From: an uncultured Gammaproteobacteria bacterium
Lineage (GTDB): Bacteria > Patescibacteriota > Microgenomatia > UBA10105 > UBA927
DNA length: 64,000 bases
Assembly (NCBI GenBank): GCA_964527425.1
Contig: CAZGOA010000006.1
Coordinates: 13,928-77,927, forward strand
Direction: 5' to 3'
A program made the translations under genes and the position numbers. Position 1 is the stretch's first letter. Each line of letters starts with the position of its first letter. Below are positions 39,102 through 49,064 of the stretch, piece after piece. The notes under the pieces were generated by a model, which saw nothing but the letters and a program-made list of their open reading frames with translations, ran no database searches and had not been told where the DNA came from.

Positions 39102-39830
39102 TTATTGAGTAGTTGAATTAATTGTTGGTGTAGTACTCGTCTGATTGTTTGTTGGTTCTCCCCAGGTTAATGTGTCAACAATATTATCAAAAACAGACTC
39201 AGATAAGACTCCATTTGATAAATGAATCACAAGATTTTTGTTTGTTGGTACTTCAAAGAAAATATCATCATTTCCTGAAATGCCGTTTCTTGTAGTGTAT
39301 TTGGCTTTGTACCCTTTTAGACCATTGCTATTGGTAAATGGGGTAATTGAAGAAACTCCTGTTAATCCTCCGAATTGCTTCCACCAATTTTCGACATATA
39401 CAATTTTAGGTTGATTTATATATTGACGTAGATTTTCATTATTTTGTAAATTATCAACTCCAATAAGCACAGCTGACGATGGTGCTATTGATCCATATTT
39501 TACTGCCCAGATATCGTATGGATTATCATCTAGTCGGACTAACTCCAGAGATTCTGGTACTGTAAATGAATAGTTATATTGCTGTCCTTTTATTGTTTTT
39601 TTAGGTTCATCTTCAGGAGCAGTAAATTTGTCAGTTTGCTGAGGTTGATTTGGCCCAGGTGTTGGCGTTGGACCAGTGTACGTTACACCAGAGTGTAGAA
39701 CTACTTCACTTTGTCTTTTAACTGTCCATTGGTGCCATGTAAAAATTATGAGAACTAAAAAAATAAAAATAACACTTACGATAATACCTACTTTTAAAAA
39801 TACTTTTTCTTGTCCTTCTATTTCTTCCAT
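39102..39830 (-). CDS. Membrane-anchored extracytoplasmic protein with Pro/Thr-rich linkers
   Basis: 242 aa. A signal-anchor TM is followed by PTPTPGPNQPQQT, a globular domain and a C-terminal T/N/Q/S-rich tail (TNNQTSTTPTINSTTQ). Confidence 0.5.
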   Translation of the reverse strand: MEEIEGQEKVFLKVGIIVSVIFIFLVLIIFTWHQWTVKRQSEVVLHSGVTYTGPTPTPGPNQPQQTDKFTAPEDEPKKTIKGQQYNYSFTVPESLELVRLDDNPYDIWAVKYGSIAPSSAVLIGVDNLQNNENLRQYINQPKIVYVENWWKQFGGLTGVSSITPFTNSNGLKGYKAKYTTRNGISGNDDIFFEVPTNKNLVIHLSNGVLSESVFDNIVDTLTWGEPTNNQTSTTPTINSTTQ

Positions 39831-39894
39831 AGTAAAGTGATAGTACCTCTATTTGATAAAACAGAAAAGTAGGAAGAACAAAGAGGTTTAAAAC

Positions 39895-41694
39895 TTGATA
39901 CTTATGAATAAATACTATTCAAAATTAAAAGTTATTATACCCTCACTGCTTATTATTGGATTTATCTTATTCTCTTTTGTACCAACGTTTTATGAATGGG
40001 GTAGTAGATGGAAAATTAAACCAATACGTCATTTTGAATTAGTTCATAATTTTCCGACAGATTATAATTTGTATCTTTCTAAAATCCGTCAAGGAAAGGA
40101 AGGTTCATGGCTTGCTCGTGAAAAATATACTGCAGAACCTCATGAGGGTAGTTTAAGTCAAATTTTGTATGTGTTTATTGGGAGAGTATCGGATTGGGTA
40201 AAAGTACAAACACCATATATATGGTTTTCCTATCATGTTATGAGGTTTTTCTTTTCTGCTCTTTTACTTTTTGTTATTTGGCAGGTAACAGGTTGGGTAT
40301 TTCAACGGTTTTCTTGGAGAGTATTGAGTTTTCTTCTTATTGTGACTGCATCTACATGGCCAAAGTTTGAAAGTGTTGACGGCTGGCCGCGTTTTGGAGG
40401 CTACATGCCCTGGTATACCATGGTGGACAGCTTACAAAGAACAACGTTTATGCCCCATGTTATGTTTGGTCAAGCGATGCTGGCTTTTATTGTATGGGTT
40501 TTTGTGGGAGGGTTTTTAACAAAAAAACATCCTCTTAACTGGATATTTTTGGGATTAATTGGATTTATACTTGGCATTATTTTCCCTCCGGCAATATTTT
40601 TCTTATATGGGATGTTGGGAATGTGGTCTGCTTTTGAATTGGTGTTGCTGTTTTGGCATGAAAAAGAACACCTAGGTGATGTCAAGTCACTTGTTCGTAC
40701 ATTAAAAACATGGGGGATGGAACGATTATTCGGGAGAGTAGTGTTTATTGCAATGACGTTCCCGACTATGTTGTATTACGCATTATTATTCTCACAATAT
40801 CCATGGAAGCGATTGGTAGAGTTTGATGTTATTAATCCAACTAAATTTTCCTACATTGAATATTTTTTAGCCTTAGGTCCAACACTATTATTTGGAATAC
40901 TCGGTATTGTAGTTGTGTATATTAATCGAAAAAATGCAATGAGTCAGAAACTTACCGGTTTTTGTGTCTGGGTCATTGCGTGGTTACTATTTACGTTTAT
41001 ATTTAATTTTATACCTCAACAATCACCAACGCGTTTTTCGCAGATGATACCGCATCTTCCGTTAGGCTTGCTCACAGGATATTTATTTTATTCGCTTATG
41101 AATCTTGTAGGCCGTATGCGAAAAAATTATACTGCAAAACATACTAAAGACAGTCAAGTCTACACTGTATTAACGTTTATATTGTATGCTTGTTTCTTTG
41201 TGCCGCTTACAATTGTTTTATTTGGAATAGGTTCTATGTTTTCATCATGGCTATGGCAGAAAGATTTTGTTGATCATAAATTACGGGCAGATATTCCATT
41301 GGTTCCAACAGGGGCACAGGTCATGTATCCCTTAAAAGATTTAGCCGAAGCCATGGTTTGGTTACAAGTTAATACTCCACGTTCAGCAGTAGTATTTTCT
41401 GGTAAAGCGACAGGAAATATGATTCCGGTATATGCAGGAAATACAACTCATGTAGGACATGCAAATACCGTAGCTTCTGAAATTAAGGAGATTGCTGTAG
41501 CAAATGTCTATGGTCGTAAAGTTCCCCGTCAAATTGTTGAAGATTATTTCAAACAATACTCTATTGCCTACGTTCTATTTGGTCCCGAGGAAGCAGAATT
41601 AGCTTTTGGAGCGACTGATCTACGAGAATTTTATCCATTTTTAGAAGAGGTTTATAGGAATCAATTCGTTATTCTTTATAAAGTAAATCTATAA
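39895..41694 (+). CDS. Polytopic membrane protein, member 1 of a four-copy paralog family in this window
   Basis: 599 aa. The first extracytoplasmic loop carries DYNLYLSKIRQGKEGSWLAREKYTAEPHEG...YVFIGRV, shared with genes at 44962, 46606 and 55338. Confidence 0.5.
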   Translation: MILMNKYYSKLKVIIPSLLIIGFILFSFVPTFYEWGSRWKIKPIRHFELVHNFPTDYNLYLSKIRQGKEGSWLAREKYTAEPHEGSLSQILYVFIGRVSDWVKVQTPYIWFSYHVMRFFFSALLLFVIWQVTGWVFQRFSWRVLSFLLIVTASTWPKFESVDGWPRFGGYMPWYTMVDSLQRTTFMPHVMFGQAMLAFIVWVFVGGFLTKKHPLNWIFLGLIGFILGIIFPPAIFFLYGMLGMWSAFELVLLFWHEKEHLGDVKSLVRTLKTWGMERLFGRVVFIAMTFPTMLYYALLFSQYPWKRLVEFDVINPTKFSYIEYFLALGPTLLFGILGIVVVYINRKNAMSQKLTGFCVWVIAWLLFTFIFNFIPQQSPTRFSQMIPHLPLGLLTGYLFYSLMNLVGRMRKNYTAKHTKDSQVYTVLTFILYACFFVPLTIVLFGIGSMFSSWLWQKDFVDHKLRADIPLVPTGAQVMYPLKDLAEAMVWLQVNTPRSAVVFSGKATGNMIPVYAGNTTHVGHANTVASEIKEIAVANVYGRKVPRQIVEDYFKQYSIAYVLFGPEEAELAFGATDLREFYPFLEEVYRNQFVILYKVNL

Positions 41695-42348
41695 TCAGGC
41701 AAATACTTCTAGCATATCTTTTTTTTCTACATGTATTGCTTGTTTAACCATGGTGATAACTTGCTCTCTATCAGTTTCTGAATTTACTACATCAACTGAA
41801 TTACAATCTATAAATATTGTTGGAATATGCTTGTGGTTATCGATAACAGCTTTATTTAATTCATGTAATAATTCTATATATTGGAGAGGAATGTCCCTTT
41901 CATAACTCCTTCCACGTGTTTCAATGCGATTCATGATTGTTTCAATAGTTGCATCGAGGTAAATGATTAATGAAGGCTGAGGTAAATGGTTAATAATGCC
42001 ATTATATAATTTTATGTATAAGGCCCATTCATCTTGATCCATATTTCCTAAACGATGTTGAGCTAATGCATAGGAGTATACATCTTGAAAAATAGGTGTA
42101 TCTTGAACAACACTTGATACTTCAAGAGAAACACTAATTTCCTCAAGTTGTTTTGCTTTTTCGAGTAAAAAAAACGCTTGAGAATGAAATGCCCAGCGTT
42201 TCATATCAGTATAAAATCTCGGTAAAAAGGGATTGTCGTTATAGTTTTCTGTAACTAGTGAATACGCAAGTCTTTCTGCAAGAAGAGTAGAGTACGTTGT
42301 TTTTCCTATACCAAGAGTACCCATTACACTGATTAGCTGATTTAGCAT
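41695..42348 (-). CDS. Deoxynucleoside kinase (dNK family)
   Basis: 217 aa. The P-loop GTLGIGKTT, the ERS-type motif (ETRGRSYERD) and the overall size match dAK/dGK/dCK-type kinases. Confidence 0.7.
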   Translation of the reverse strand: MLNQLISVMGTLGIGKTTYSTLLAERLAYSLVTENYNDNPFLPRFYTDMKRWAFHSQAFFLLEKAKQLEEISVSLEVSSVVQDTPIFQDVYSYALAQHRLGNMDQDEWALYIKLYNGIINHLPQPSLIIYLDATIETIMNRIETRGRSYERDIPLQYIELLHELNKAVIDNHKHIPTIFIDCNSVDVVNSETDREQVITMVKQAIHVEKKDMLEVFA

Positions 42349-42363
42349 ATTTATTTGGTTTTA

Positions 42364-43062
42364 TCATTTTTTCATATCTTTATACAACCGTATCATTTCT
42401 TTAATAGTTACAACGATCATAGTTGGGTCACCACCCTTAGGAAATCCACCAATTCGTGAATGATACCGAAATCCAACGTCTGTAAATTTTGCTCCCATGT
42501 TCCATGCTTTATAGATAACTTCTGGTTGTATAAGAGCGCTTCTGTCGAGTGCAGTGATTTCTATTTGATCGAGAATTTTTTTCTTCCATAAAATTGCTGT
42601 AGATATTTCACGAAGTGTTACTCCAAACAATAATCTATACATCATATGAAATATAAATGAATTTAACTTACGGGTAATTGGTTCTGGATTGCTATTCCTG
42701 AATCCAACTACTACATCCACGTCTTTGGTTTTACTAATAAATAGAGGGAGAACATCCATTGATACTTGACCATCTGCTGGAGCTAAAAAAATCCATTCGT
42801 TTCGTGCTTTTTTATAACAGCTTTTAATTGCTCCAGAAAAGCCTTTGTTTTCGGCATGCCTTACTATTGTAATAGTTGGATGTTGTTTTGCTGCATTCTT
42901 CATAATGTCATATGTGTGGTCTGTAGATCCATCATCAACTAACAGTAATTCAAATTTTTCACTTACTTGAGGGCCGATTTGCAGAGCACTGTTAATTACA
43001 GTTTGAATAGACGCTTCTTCGTTAAAGGCGGGAATGGATATTGTAAGAGATGATACTTTCAT
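42364..43062 (-). CDS. GT2 polyprenyl-phosphate sugar synthase (DPM1/GtrB-like, soluble-sized)
   Basis: 232 aa. The GT-A motifs ISIPAFNEE...LLLVDDGSTD and a DxD-like region are present. There is no C-terminal TM. Confidence 0.7.
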   Translation of the reverse strand: MKVSSLTISIPAFNEEASIQTVINSALQIGPQVSEKFELLLVDDGSTDHTYDIMKNAAKQHPTITIVRHAENKGFSGAIKSCYKKARNEWIFLAPADGQVSMDVLPLFISKTKDVDVVVGFRNSNPEPITRKLNSFIFHMMYRLLFGVTLREISTAILWKKKILDQIEITALDRSALIQPEVIYKAWNMGAKFTDVGFRYHSRIGGFPKGGDPTMIVVTIKEMIRLYKDMKK

Positions 43063-43065
43063 GAG

Positions 43066-43527
43066 TTATTTATTAAGTATTCGTGCAGGATTTCCAACTA
43101 CAGTTGTCTGGGGAGGAACATCTTTTGTGACAACACTTCCTGCTCCAACCATTGCTCCTTCACCTATTGTTACTCCGCATCGTATAGTTGCTCCAGCACC
43201 AATTGCTGCACGTGTTTTAACGACTGTTTTTTCTACAATCCAGTCGCTGGGTTGTTTTAAATCACCGGTTTCTGATACTGCTGCTGGAAAACGGTCATTG
43301 GTAAAGGTGACATTCGGTCCTATAAATACGCCATCTTCTATGACGACGCCCTCAGGTATGAAAACAAAGGGTTCTATTTTTACTCTATTACCGATAATGA
43401 CAGTAGGTTTTATCTCTACAAACGTTCCGATTTTACAGTCATTGCCAATAGTACATCCATAAATATTTACTAATTCAGGATGAAATATACTGGTATTTTT
43501 GCCAATGATTGCCGATTTATGAACCAT
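43066..43527 (-). CDS. Left-handed beta-helix (hexapeptide-repeat) sugar N-acetyltransferase
   Basis: 153 aa. Tandem hexapeptide repeats ([LIV]GxxxxI) run throughout. The size and pattern are like amino-sugar-nucleotide N-acetyltransferases (QdtC/WxcM/PglD-like). Confidence 0.7.
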   Translation of the reverse strand: MVHKSAIIGKNTSIFHPELVNIYGCTIGNDCKIGTFVEIKPTVIIGNRVKIEPFVFIPEGVVIEDGVFIGPNVTFTNDRFPAAVSETGDLKQPSDWIVEKTVVKTRAAIGAGATIRCGVTIGEGAMVGAGSVVTKDVPPQTTVVGNPARILNK

Positions 43528-43532
43528 AATAA

Positions 43533-44957
43533 TTAATCTGTTGAAATAAATAATGTACTGATGCGTTTACATAGTATAACAATCCATTGGATTCCGATCA
43601 CGATTAAAATTGCGTAAAGGGGATAAAGGGGAATAAGAAATCTTCCTTCAACCCATTCAGAAGCCGATTGAAAAAAATGCTGAAATAAAAATAACACAGC
43701 AACACTTATTAAAGGTATATTTCTTTGTAAGAATACTTTTATGATGCCAATACCAGCAATGAACATAAGGAGGGAAGTGATTATGGGATAAAGAGTTTGA
43801 TTAAATTGGATAGTACGTGCAAATATTGTATTGATAACCTGATTCGTTCGTAATGGCTGACAATACTCGGGTATCCACATAAATCGACACTGTTTAGTTC
43901 CACATATCAGACAATCAGGTTCTACGAAGCCTAATTGGGTTAATACGTTGCCATAGTAGGGAATTGTATTTGGGGTAATCAAAGCCATAGAGATGATATG
44001 CTGAATGTACTTTAAGGGATGTTCTTTTATTCCTTGTATGCTAACAGCGAGAAATAAATTATCAATTTCGATTTCTGTGAGCTCTTTGGTATAAAAAGCG
44101 TTAGCAAACAGTGGAAGCATGTCCCACCAGGGTTTGGTGATATCCATATCCGGGGGAATATACTTAAAAAATTGTTGAACTGTTGGGTTATCTCTTATCT
44201 GAGGAATAAATTTTCCAGCAGTAATGACGTTATTATATGCGTGTCTTCCTGTAAAAGATGACATCATTACTTTGTTATAGTGAACCTTATTAAACAGAAG
44301 CCACCACACAATGATAAACAAGCCGACTATTCCAGGTAAAATTGATACTAATTTGTGAGGTCTGCTTTTAAATGCAGGCATCCAATTCCATAATCCAACA
44401 AGCCACCATATACCTGCAAATAACACCCAGGGAATAAATGCATATCTGGTCAAACTGAGTAAGGCACAACACAATAAGACGATACTTCTTTTCCAGTAAT
44501 CAGGTTTTATTTGTAGGTAAATATGCAACGTTAAAGCAACTAAAAACATTGTTGTTACTTCAGACATAAAAACAAAAGCATACAGGAGATTAAAGGGGAG
44601 TAATAAAAATACGACACTACTCACAAGTCTCATTGGTTTTGTTAGATACTGTTTTAGACAGAAATAAATAAGCAAACTGGAACCTCCAATCATTAACAGT
44701 TGAAGAAACGGTAGTGTAAACTGTATTCCTGGCTTGACGTAAACCAGTGGGTAGGAAAGCACAGCAAACAAGGGACCAAATAATGTTTGAGGTATTTCTG
44801 CATTTAGCGGGGCTACAGGCAGTAATTGTCCTGTTAGGAGATAATGCCCAAGTACATAATAAAAATATGCGTCAGGTATCTCAAATATTCCAATGTATAT
44901 TGAGGCAAAAAAAGAGACTAGTATGAAAATTACTGAACCGAGTAGAATTTTTTTCAT
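43533..44957 (-). CDS. Polytopic membrane protein (GT-C-like candidate)
   Basis: 474 aa, about 12 TM helices, with a first loop EIPDAYFYYVLGHY. It lies in an operon with the acetyltransferase and GT2 genes. Confidence 0.4.
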   Translation of the reverse strand: MKKILLGSVIFILVSFFASIYIGIFEIPDAYFYYVLGHYLLTGQLLPVAPLNAEIPQTLFGPLFAVLSYPLVYVKPGIQFTLPFLQLLMIGGSSLLIYFCLKQYLTKPMRLVSSVVFLLLPFNLLYAFVFMSEVTTMFLVALTLHIYLQIKPDYWKRSIVLLCCALLSLTRYAFIPWVLFAGIWWLVGLWNWMPAFKSRPHKLVSILPGIVGLFIIVWWLLFNKVHYNKVMMSSFTGRHAYNNVITAGKFIPQIRDNPTVQQFFKYIPPDMDITKPWWDMLPLFANAFYTKELTEIEIDNLFLAVSIQGIKEHPLKYIQHIISMALITPNTIPYYGNVLTQLGFVEPDCLICGTKQCRFMWIPEYCQPLRTNQVINTIFARTIQFNQTLYPIITSLLMFIAGIGIIKVFLQRNIPLISVAVLFLFQHFFQSASEWVEGRFLIPLYPLYAILIVIGIQWIVILCKRISTLFISTD

Positions 44958-44961
44958 ATTT

Positions 44962-46596
44962 TTATTGCTGTTTCACTTTGTAGACTGTAACATCAGAATT
45001 TGTGAATATGGATTCTAAGATAGTAGGATAAAGAGTTGTTGTGTTAGAAAATGATTTTTCATCCGGTCCCCAAAATACATGAGTAATATGTTCTTTTTGC
45101 AGTAATTCTCGTGCATCTTTATCGGAAAGCTGTGCTTTATAAAAATGTTCAGCTATCCATCGTCTTTCAAGCCAATCGGTAAACCCATGTCCTCCTCCAA
45201 TATATACTGATACTGGTCCAAACGCAGGTAACATTTCTCCAAAATATTCTTTTACCATTACATTACTCTGTTGGGGCAGGTTTTTCATAAACAGTACTCC
45301 CTGCCAGGTTTCTTTCGTTGGATAGATATTTATCCAAAAGTTTTCTTGAGCTGTATATATTTGTTTGGTATATTGCCAGGTAAAAAATGTAGAAATGAGA
45401 ATGAGAGTAATGGTCAATATAAATCCTACTGATTTTCGTACTGTCGAGGGAAAGATAGATAATAAGTGCCATATTCCAATAGTACTGAGTATTCCAGCAG
45501 GTGCGTAACCGTGCAGATCAACAAGCCGAAAATTTGCAAATGGAAACCACGACAAATGACTAATAGAAATTAAACCTATTGGAAATAGTAACCAGCTTAA
45601 TGAAAGGATAAAAGAGGTCCACAATTTCGTGGACATTTGCTTATAGCGAATAATACTTGCCCCAATAGCGGTAATTATAAAAGGAACATAGAGCAGTAAA
45701 GAATTTACATATTGGTTGATGACTACACTGTGCTGCATCCATGACTTTTCTTCAGCTGTCCATTCTGTCCAGGGACTCCCTTTACTAAATTCTACTTTTA
45801 ATAATAGGGCGGCAAGTATTATTCCAATAAAAGCTGAAACTAGGATGAGTGTGTAATATTTCCAATGGGTTTTCTTTTTAATAAGAAGAAATAGAAATGC
45901 AATACCTGACATGGCAAAGTAGGGAACGATAAAAGATGGAAGCACTGTCGTTGCCCAGAACCCAAGCAGAAACAGTAATACTGACTGAAGTATCCATAGT
46001 TTTTTCTTGGTACTTGGGTTAAATAGGCAATAGAGTATGAATCCGAAAAATAAAAACCCAAAGGCGTCTCCCCAGGTGTGATGAGGAAGAGAAAATCGTC
46101 GTTCAAATAATATATGAACATCCCACGCTGGTACTAATTGAAAGAGGCCATTTTTTAGTGAACTAAATGATGGACTTGTTTCTAAACCAACAGCTAAGAT
46201 GGTTGCAACAGTTGCCCATCTGGATGGAAATAATTGTTTAGCTAGGAAATATAAACAGAATGCACTACTTATTACCCCTGTTAATCGTAATAGTTGGTAC
46301 ATGTCTACTGGATCAATGGAAAAAAGTGAAGCTATTTTTCCAGCGACAACAAAAAAAAGCTGTGCATAAACGATTGGTGTTTCTCTGGTGGTATGAGTGT
46401 CTTTTATTCCCCAGCTTCCGTCTTTAGCTTGTCTTATCATCGAAGGATAATAAAAATTTTTCCCTAATACATTGTATGTTCTGCCTTCAGGAGCTATTGT
46501 GTATGGTCTGTTGCTTACGGATAAAAAATATATACTTTGAAAGATCAGTACAATAATGACAAACAGTATTGGATGAGAACGGATAAGTTTTAACAT
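44962..46596 (-). CDS. Polytopic membrane protein, paralog-family member 2
   Basis: 544 aa. The loop-1 motif is FYYPSMIRQAKDGSWGIKDTHTTRETPIVYAQLFFVVAGKI. Confidence 0.5.
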   Translation of the reverse strand: MLKLIRSHPILFVIIVLIFQSIYFLSVSNRPYTIAPEGRTYNVLGKNFYYPSMIRQAKDGSWGIKDTHTTRETPIVYAQLFFVVAGKIASLFSIDPVDMYQLLRLTGVISSAFCLYFLAKQLFPSRWATVATILAVGLETSPSFSSLKNGLFQLVPAWDVHILFERRFSLPHHTWGDAFGFLFFGFILYCLFNPSTKKKLWILQSVLLFLLGFWATTVLPSFIVPYFAMSGIAFLFLLIKKKTHWKYYTLILVSAFIGIILAALLLKVEFSKGSPWTEWTAEEKSWMQHSVVINQYVNSLLLYVPFIITAIGASIIRYKQMSTKLWTSFILSLSWLLFPIGLISISHLSWFPFANFRLVDLHGYAPAGILSTIGIWHLLSIFPSTVRKSVGFILTITLILISTFFTWQYTKQIYTAQENFWINIYPTKETWQGVLFMKNLPQQSNVMVKEYFGEMLPAFGPVSVYIGGGHGFTDWLERRWIAEHFYKAQLSDKDARELLQKEHITHVFWGPDEKSFSNTTTLYPTILESIFTNSDVTVYKVKQQ

Positions 46597-46605
46597 TATG
46601 TAATA

Positions 46606-48201
46606 TTATTTTAGTATTACTTTTGTAACACTGATTGAATCCATTTCAAAGACTTTCTGAAAATACGGCAATGTATTATATTTAGAATCGTTAAATGGAA
46701 TAGTCTCGTATCCCCAAATGATATAATCAACTTTTAACGAATCTAATACATTGTACACCTCCTCATTTGTTAAGTAATTGTTATAAAAGAGTCCGATTGT
46801 ATGTTTTTTTTCATCGTAGTAAGTGGTATTTCCATTGTGTCCTATAATTACTTTATTGTGAGAGATTGCTGGTATTGTAGAACTTAACGCTTCAGGTGCG
46901 AGGATAACACTCCGATATTCTGTTTTTGTTCTTAAAAAATGATAGACAGGAGTCATGGTAGTTATGAGTCTTGCAGTATTCGTATAATGAATATTTGGGT
47001 ATGAATATTCCAGGAGATTAGTGAGAAACGGGGGTACGGCAAATACTATACAGAATATGGCAAACATACTCGCAATAACATTTCGAAATCTAAAGGGAAT
47101 TATTGTACACTTTGAAAGTGTATAAGCAGATAATAATGCAAGAGGAATATGTTGATAGGTTTGAAATAATCTAATTCCTCCAGTAGGTATACCAATATTT
47201 GGCATATAAAATAATCCAATAGGAAGTAAACCCCATGCAATGAGAAAACGAGTTTGTACATTTTTCCAGTTTGAAGGTACCCAGAGTGATAAAAAAAACG
47301 GTATGAATAATGGTCCTAGTGCCAGTAAGTAATTCGGCAACGAAACCGCAGGTGGAGACCAAACCATGGTATCTGCATTAGCAGTCGAAGCATTCTGCCA
47401 CACATTGGTTAGTAAATATCGGTTATATACAATACTTGGGGCTGAAGCAATGATGGCAGTTAAACAATGAAAGAGCAATATCAGTGTTTGTTTCCTATTA
47501 AATAGAACTGCAGTTACTGATGTGAAGATAAAAAAATAGATAAGAAATATGACAACATAGGGATGGAGAAACGAAAGAAATATAAAACTTGTGAAGGTAA
47601 TCGTTAGTGAAGTAATAGTAAATGACAATGATGGCAAGCGCAGCCACAGCAAAAGTATCATTACTGAAGCAATATAATGATGAGGAGGAATGTGGATAAA
47701 TTTTTTTATAGCATTAAACCAATTAGAATATGTCTCTACATCTACGGCTTTGGTAATGTCATTGGCAATTAGATAATATACGCTTGTACTCGTTGTCCAA
47801 AGTACAAGACCGATATATTTAAAAGAATTTTTAATTAGTGTAAAAAAACTAAAAGTGACAAAGAAAATAAGTATAATAATTGCAAAAAATCTAGCTATTG
47901 TATACACATGAAACGGACTGATATTGAATGGAGAAGAAAGTAGGCCAAGTATATTGTAATGTGGCTGTAACAGCATGGGTGGAAAATTTTGTTCAGAGTA
48001 TTGGTTGTGGAAAAGCAATCTCCCTTCCTGTCCTGATTTAATCATCCATGCGTATTGCATTAAATCCATCGGATAGGGAGAAGGGAACCCATATTCAGTT
48101 GGTAATGATTGTGTATTGCTATACACAATATACATATATGCGTTTGTTACTACTGCAAATGCAATCATAACAAGCGATGTTATGATGTATGATCTCCTCA
48201 T
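46606..48201 (-). CDS. Polytopic membrane protein, paralog-family member 3
   Basis: 531 aa. The loop-1 motif is DLMQYAWMIKSGQEGRLLFHNQYSEQNFPPMLLQPHYNILGLL. Confidence 0.5.
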   Translation of the reverse strand: MRRSYIITSLVMIAFAVVTNAYMYIVYSNTQSLPTEYGFPSPYPMDLMQYAWMIKSGQEGRLLFHNQYSEQNFPPMLLQPHYNILGLLSSPFNISPFHVYTIARFFAIIILIFFVTFSFFTLIKNSFKYIGLVLWTTSTSVYYLIANDITKAVDVETYSNWFNAIKKFIHIPPHHYIASVMILLLWLRLPSLSFTITSLTITFTSFIFLSFLHPYVVIFLIYFFIFTSVTAVLFNRKQTLILLFHCLTAIIASAPSIVYNRYLLTNVWQNASTANADTMVWSPPAVSLPNYLLALGPLFIPFFLSLWVPSNWKNVQTRFLIAWGLLPIGLFYMPNIGIPTGGIRLFQTYQHIPLALLSAYTLSKCTIIPFRFRNVIASMFAIFCIVFAVPPFLTNLLEYSYPNIHYTNTARLITTMTPVYHFLRTKTEYRSVILAPEALSSTIPAISHNKVIIGHNGNTTYYDEKKHTIGLFYNNYLTNEEVYNVLDSLKVDYIIWGYETIPFNDSKYNTLPYFQKVFEMDSISVTKVILK

Positions 48202-48274
48202 AAAGTAAATATTAGAAAATTTAGGTACAAACAGTGTTGTATAACTCTATATTTTATATTATAGTTTGAGGACT

Positions 48275-49063
48275 ATGAAGACAATTATTTTATGCGGTGG
48301 ATTAGGATATAGATTAAAAGAAGAAACAGAATTTAAACCTAAACCTATGGTTTCTATTGGGAATAAACCGATGTTGTGGCATATTATGAAAATATATGCT
48401 GCGTATGGATTTAATGAGTTTATTATCGCATTAGGTTATAAAGGAGATTGTATAAAGGATTATTTTCTTCAACAGAAATATTTTCTTCATGATTTTACAC
48501 TCAAAACTAAAAGCGGAGTTACAAAAATATATAAAGGGAATGGAAACGCTGCTCGTGTTGATAATTTTTCTATTACGTTTGTAGATACAGGACTCGAGAC
48601 GCTGCCTGGAGAACGTATTCTTCGATGTAGAGAATTTATCCCAAATACAGATGAGCAATTTATGGTTACGTATGGAGATGGAGTATCGACTATTAATATT
48701 AAGAATTTAATTGCATTTCATAATAAGCAAGGTACGATAGGAACAATAACCGGTGTACATCCAAGAACAAAATTTGGAATGGTGAAGGTGAATACTCATG
48801 GTTTAGTAACGAACTTTATTGAAAAACCAGTGTTAAAAAATGATTGGGTAAATGGTGGATTTATGGTTTTTAAAAAAGAGTTTTTTGAGTACTTACGAGT
48901 TGGGGAAATGGAACATGAGGCAATAAAGCGATTAATTGCAAAAAAACAATTATCGTTATTTATTCATGAAGAATTTTGGCATGCTATGGACACCTATGTT
49001 GATGTGGAAAATTTAAATTCCTTATGGTATGCAAACCCACCATGGAAAGTGTGGAGTGACTAA
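48275..49063 (+). CDS. rfbF: Glucose-1-phosphate cytidylyltransferase
   Basis: The N-terminus MKTIILCGGLGYRLKEETEFKPKPMVSIGNKPMLWHIMKIY is the classic RfbF/DdhA signature. The ORF-track start at 48266 is a TTG, so the ATG at 48275 is preferred. Confidence 0.85.
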   Translation: MKTIILCGGLGYRLKEETEFKPKPMVSIGNKPMLWHIMKIYAAYGFNEFIIALGYKGDCIKDYFLQQKYFLHDFTLKTKSGVTKIYKGNGNAARVDNFSITFVDTGLETLPGERILRCREFIPNTDEQFMVTYGDGVSTINIKNLIAFHNKQGTIGTITGVHPRTKFGMVKVNTHGLVTNFIEKPVLKNDWVNGGFMVFKKEFFEYLRVGEMEHEAIKRLIAKKQLSLFIHEEFWHAMDTYVDVENLNSLWYANPPWKVWSD

Positions 49064-49064
49064 T

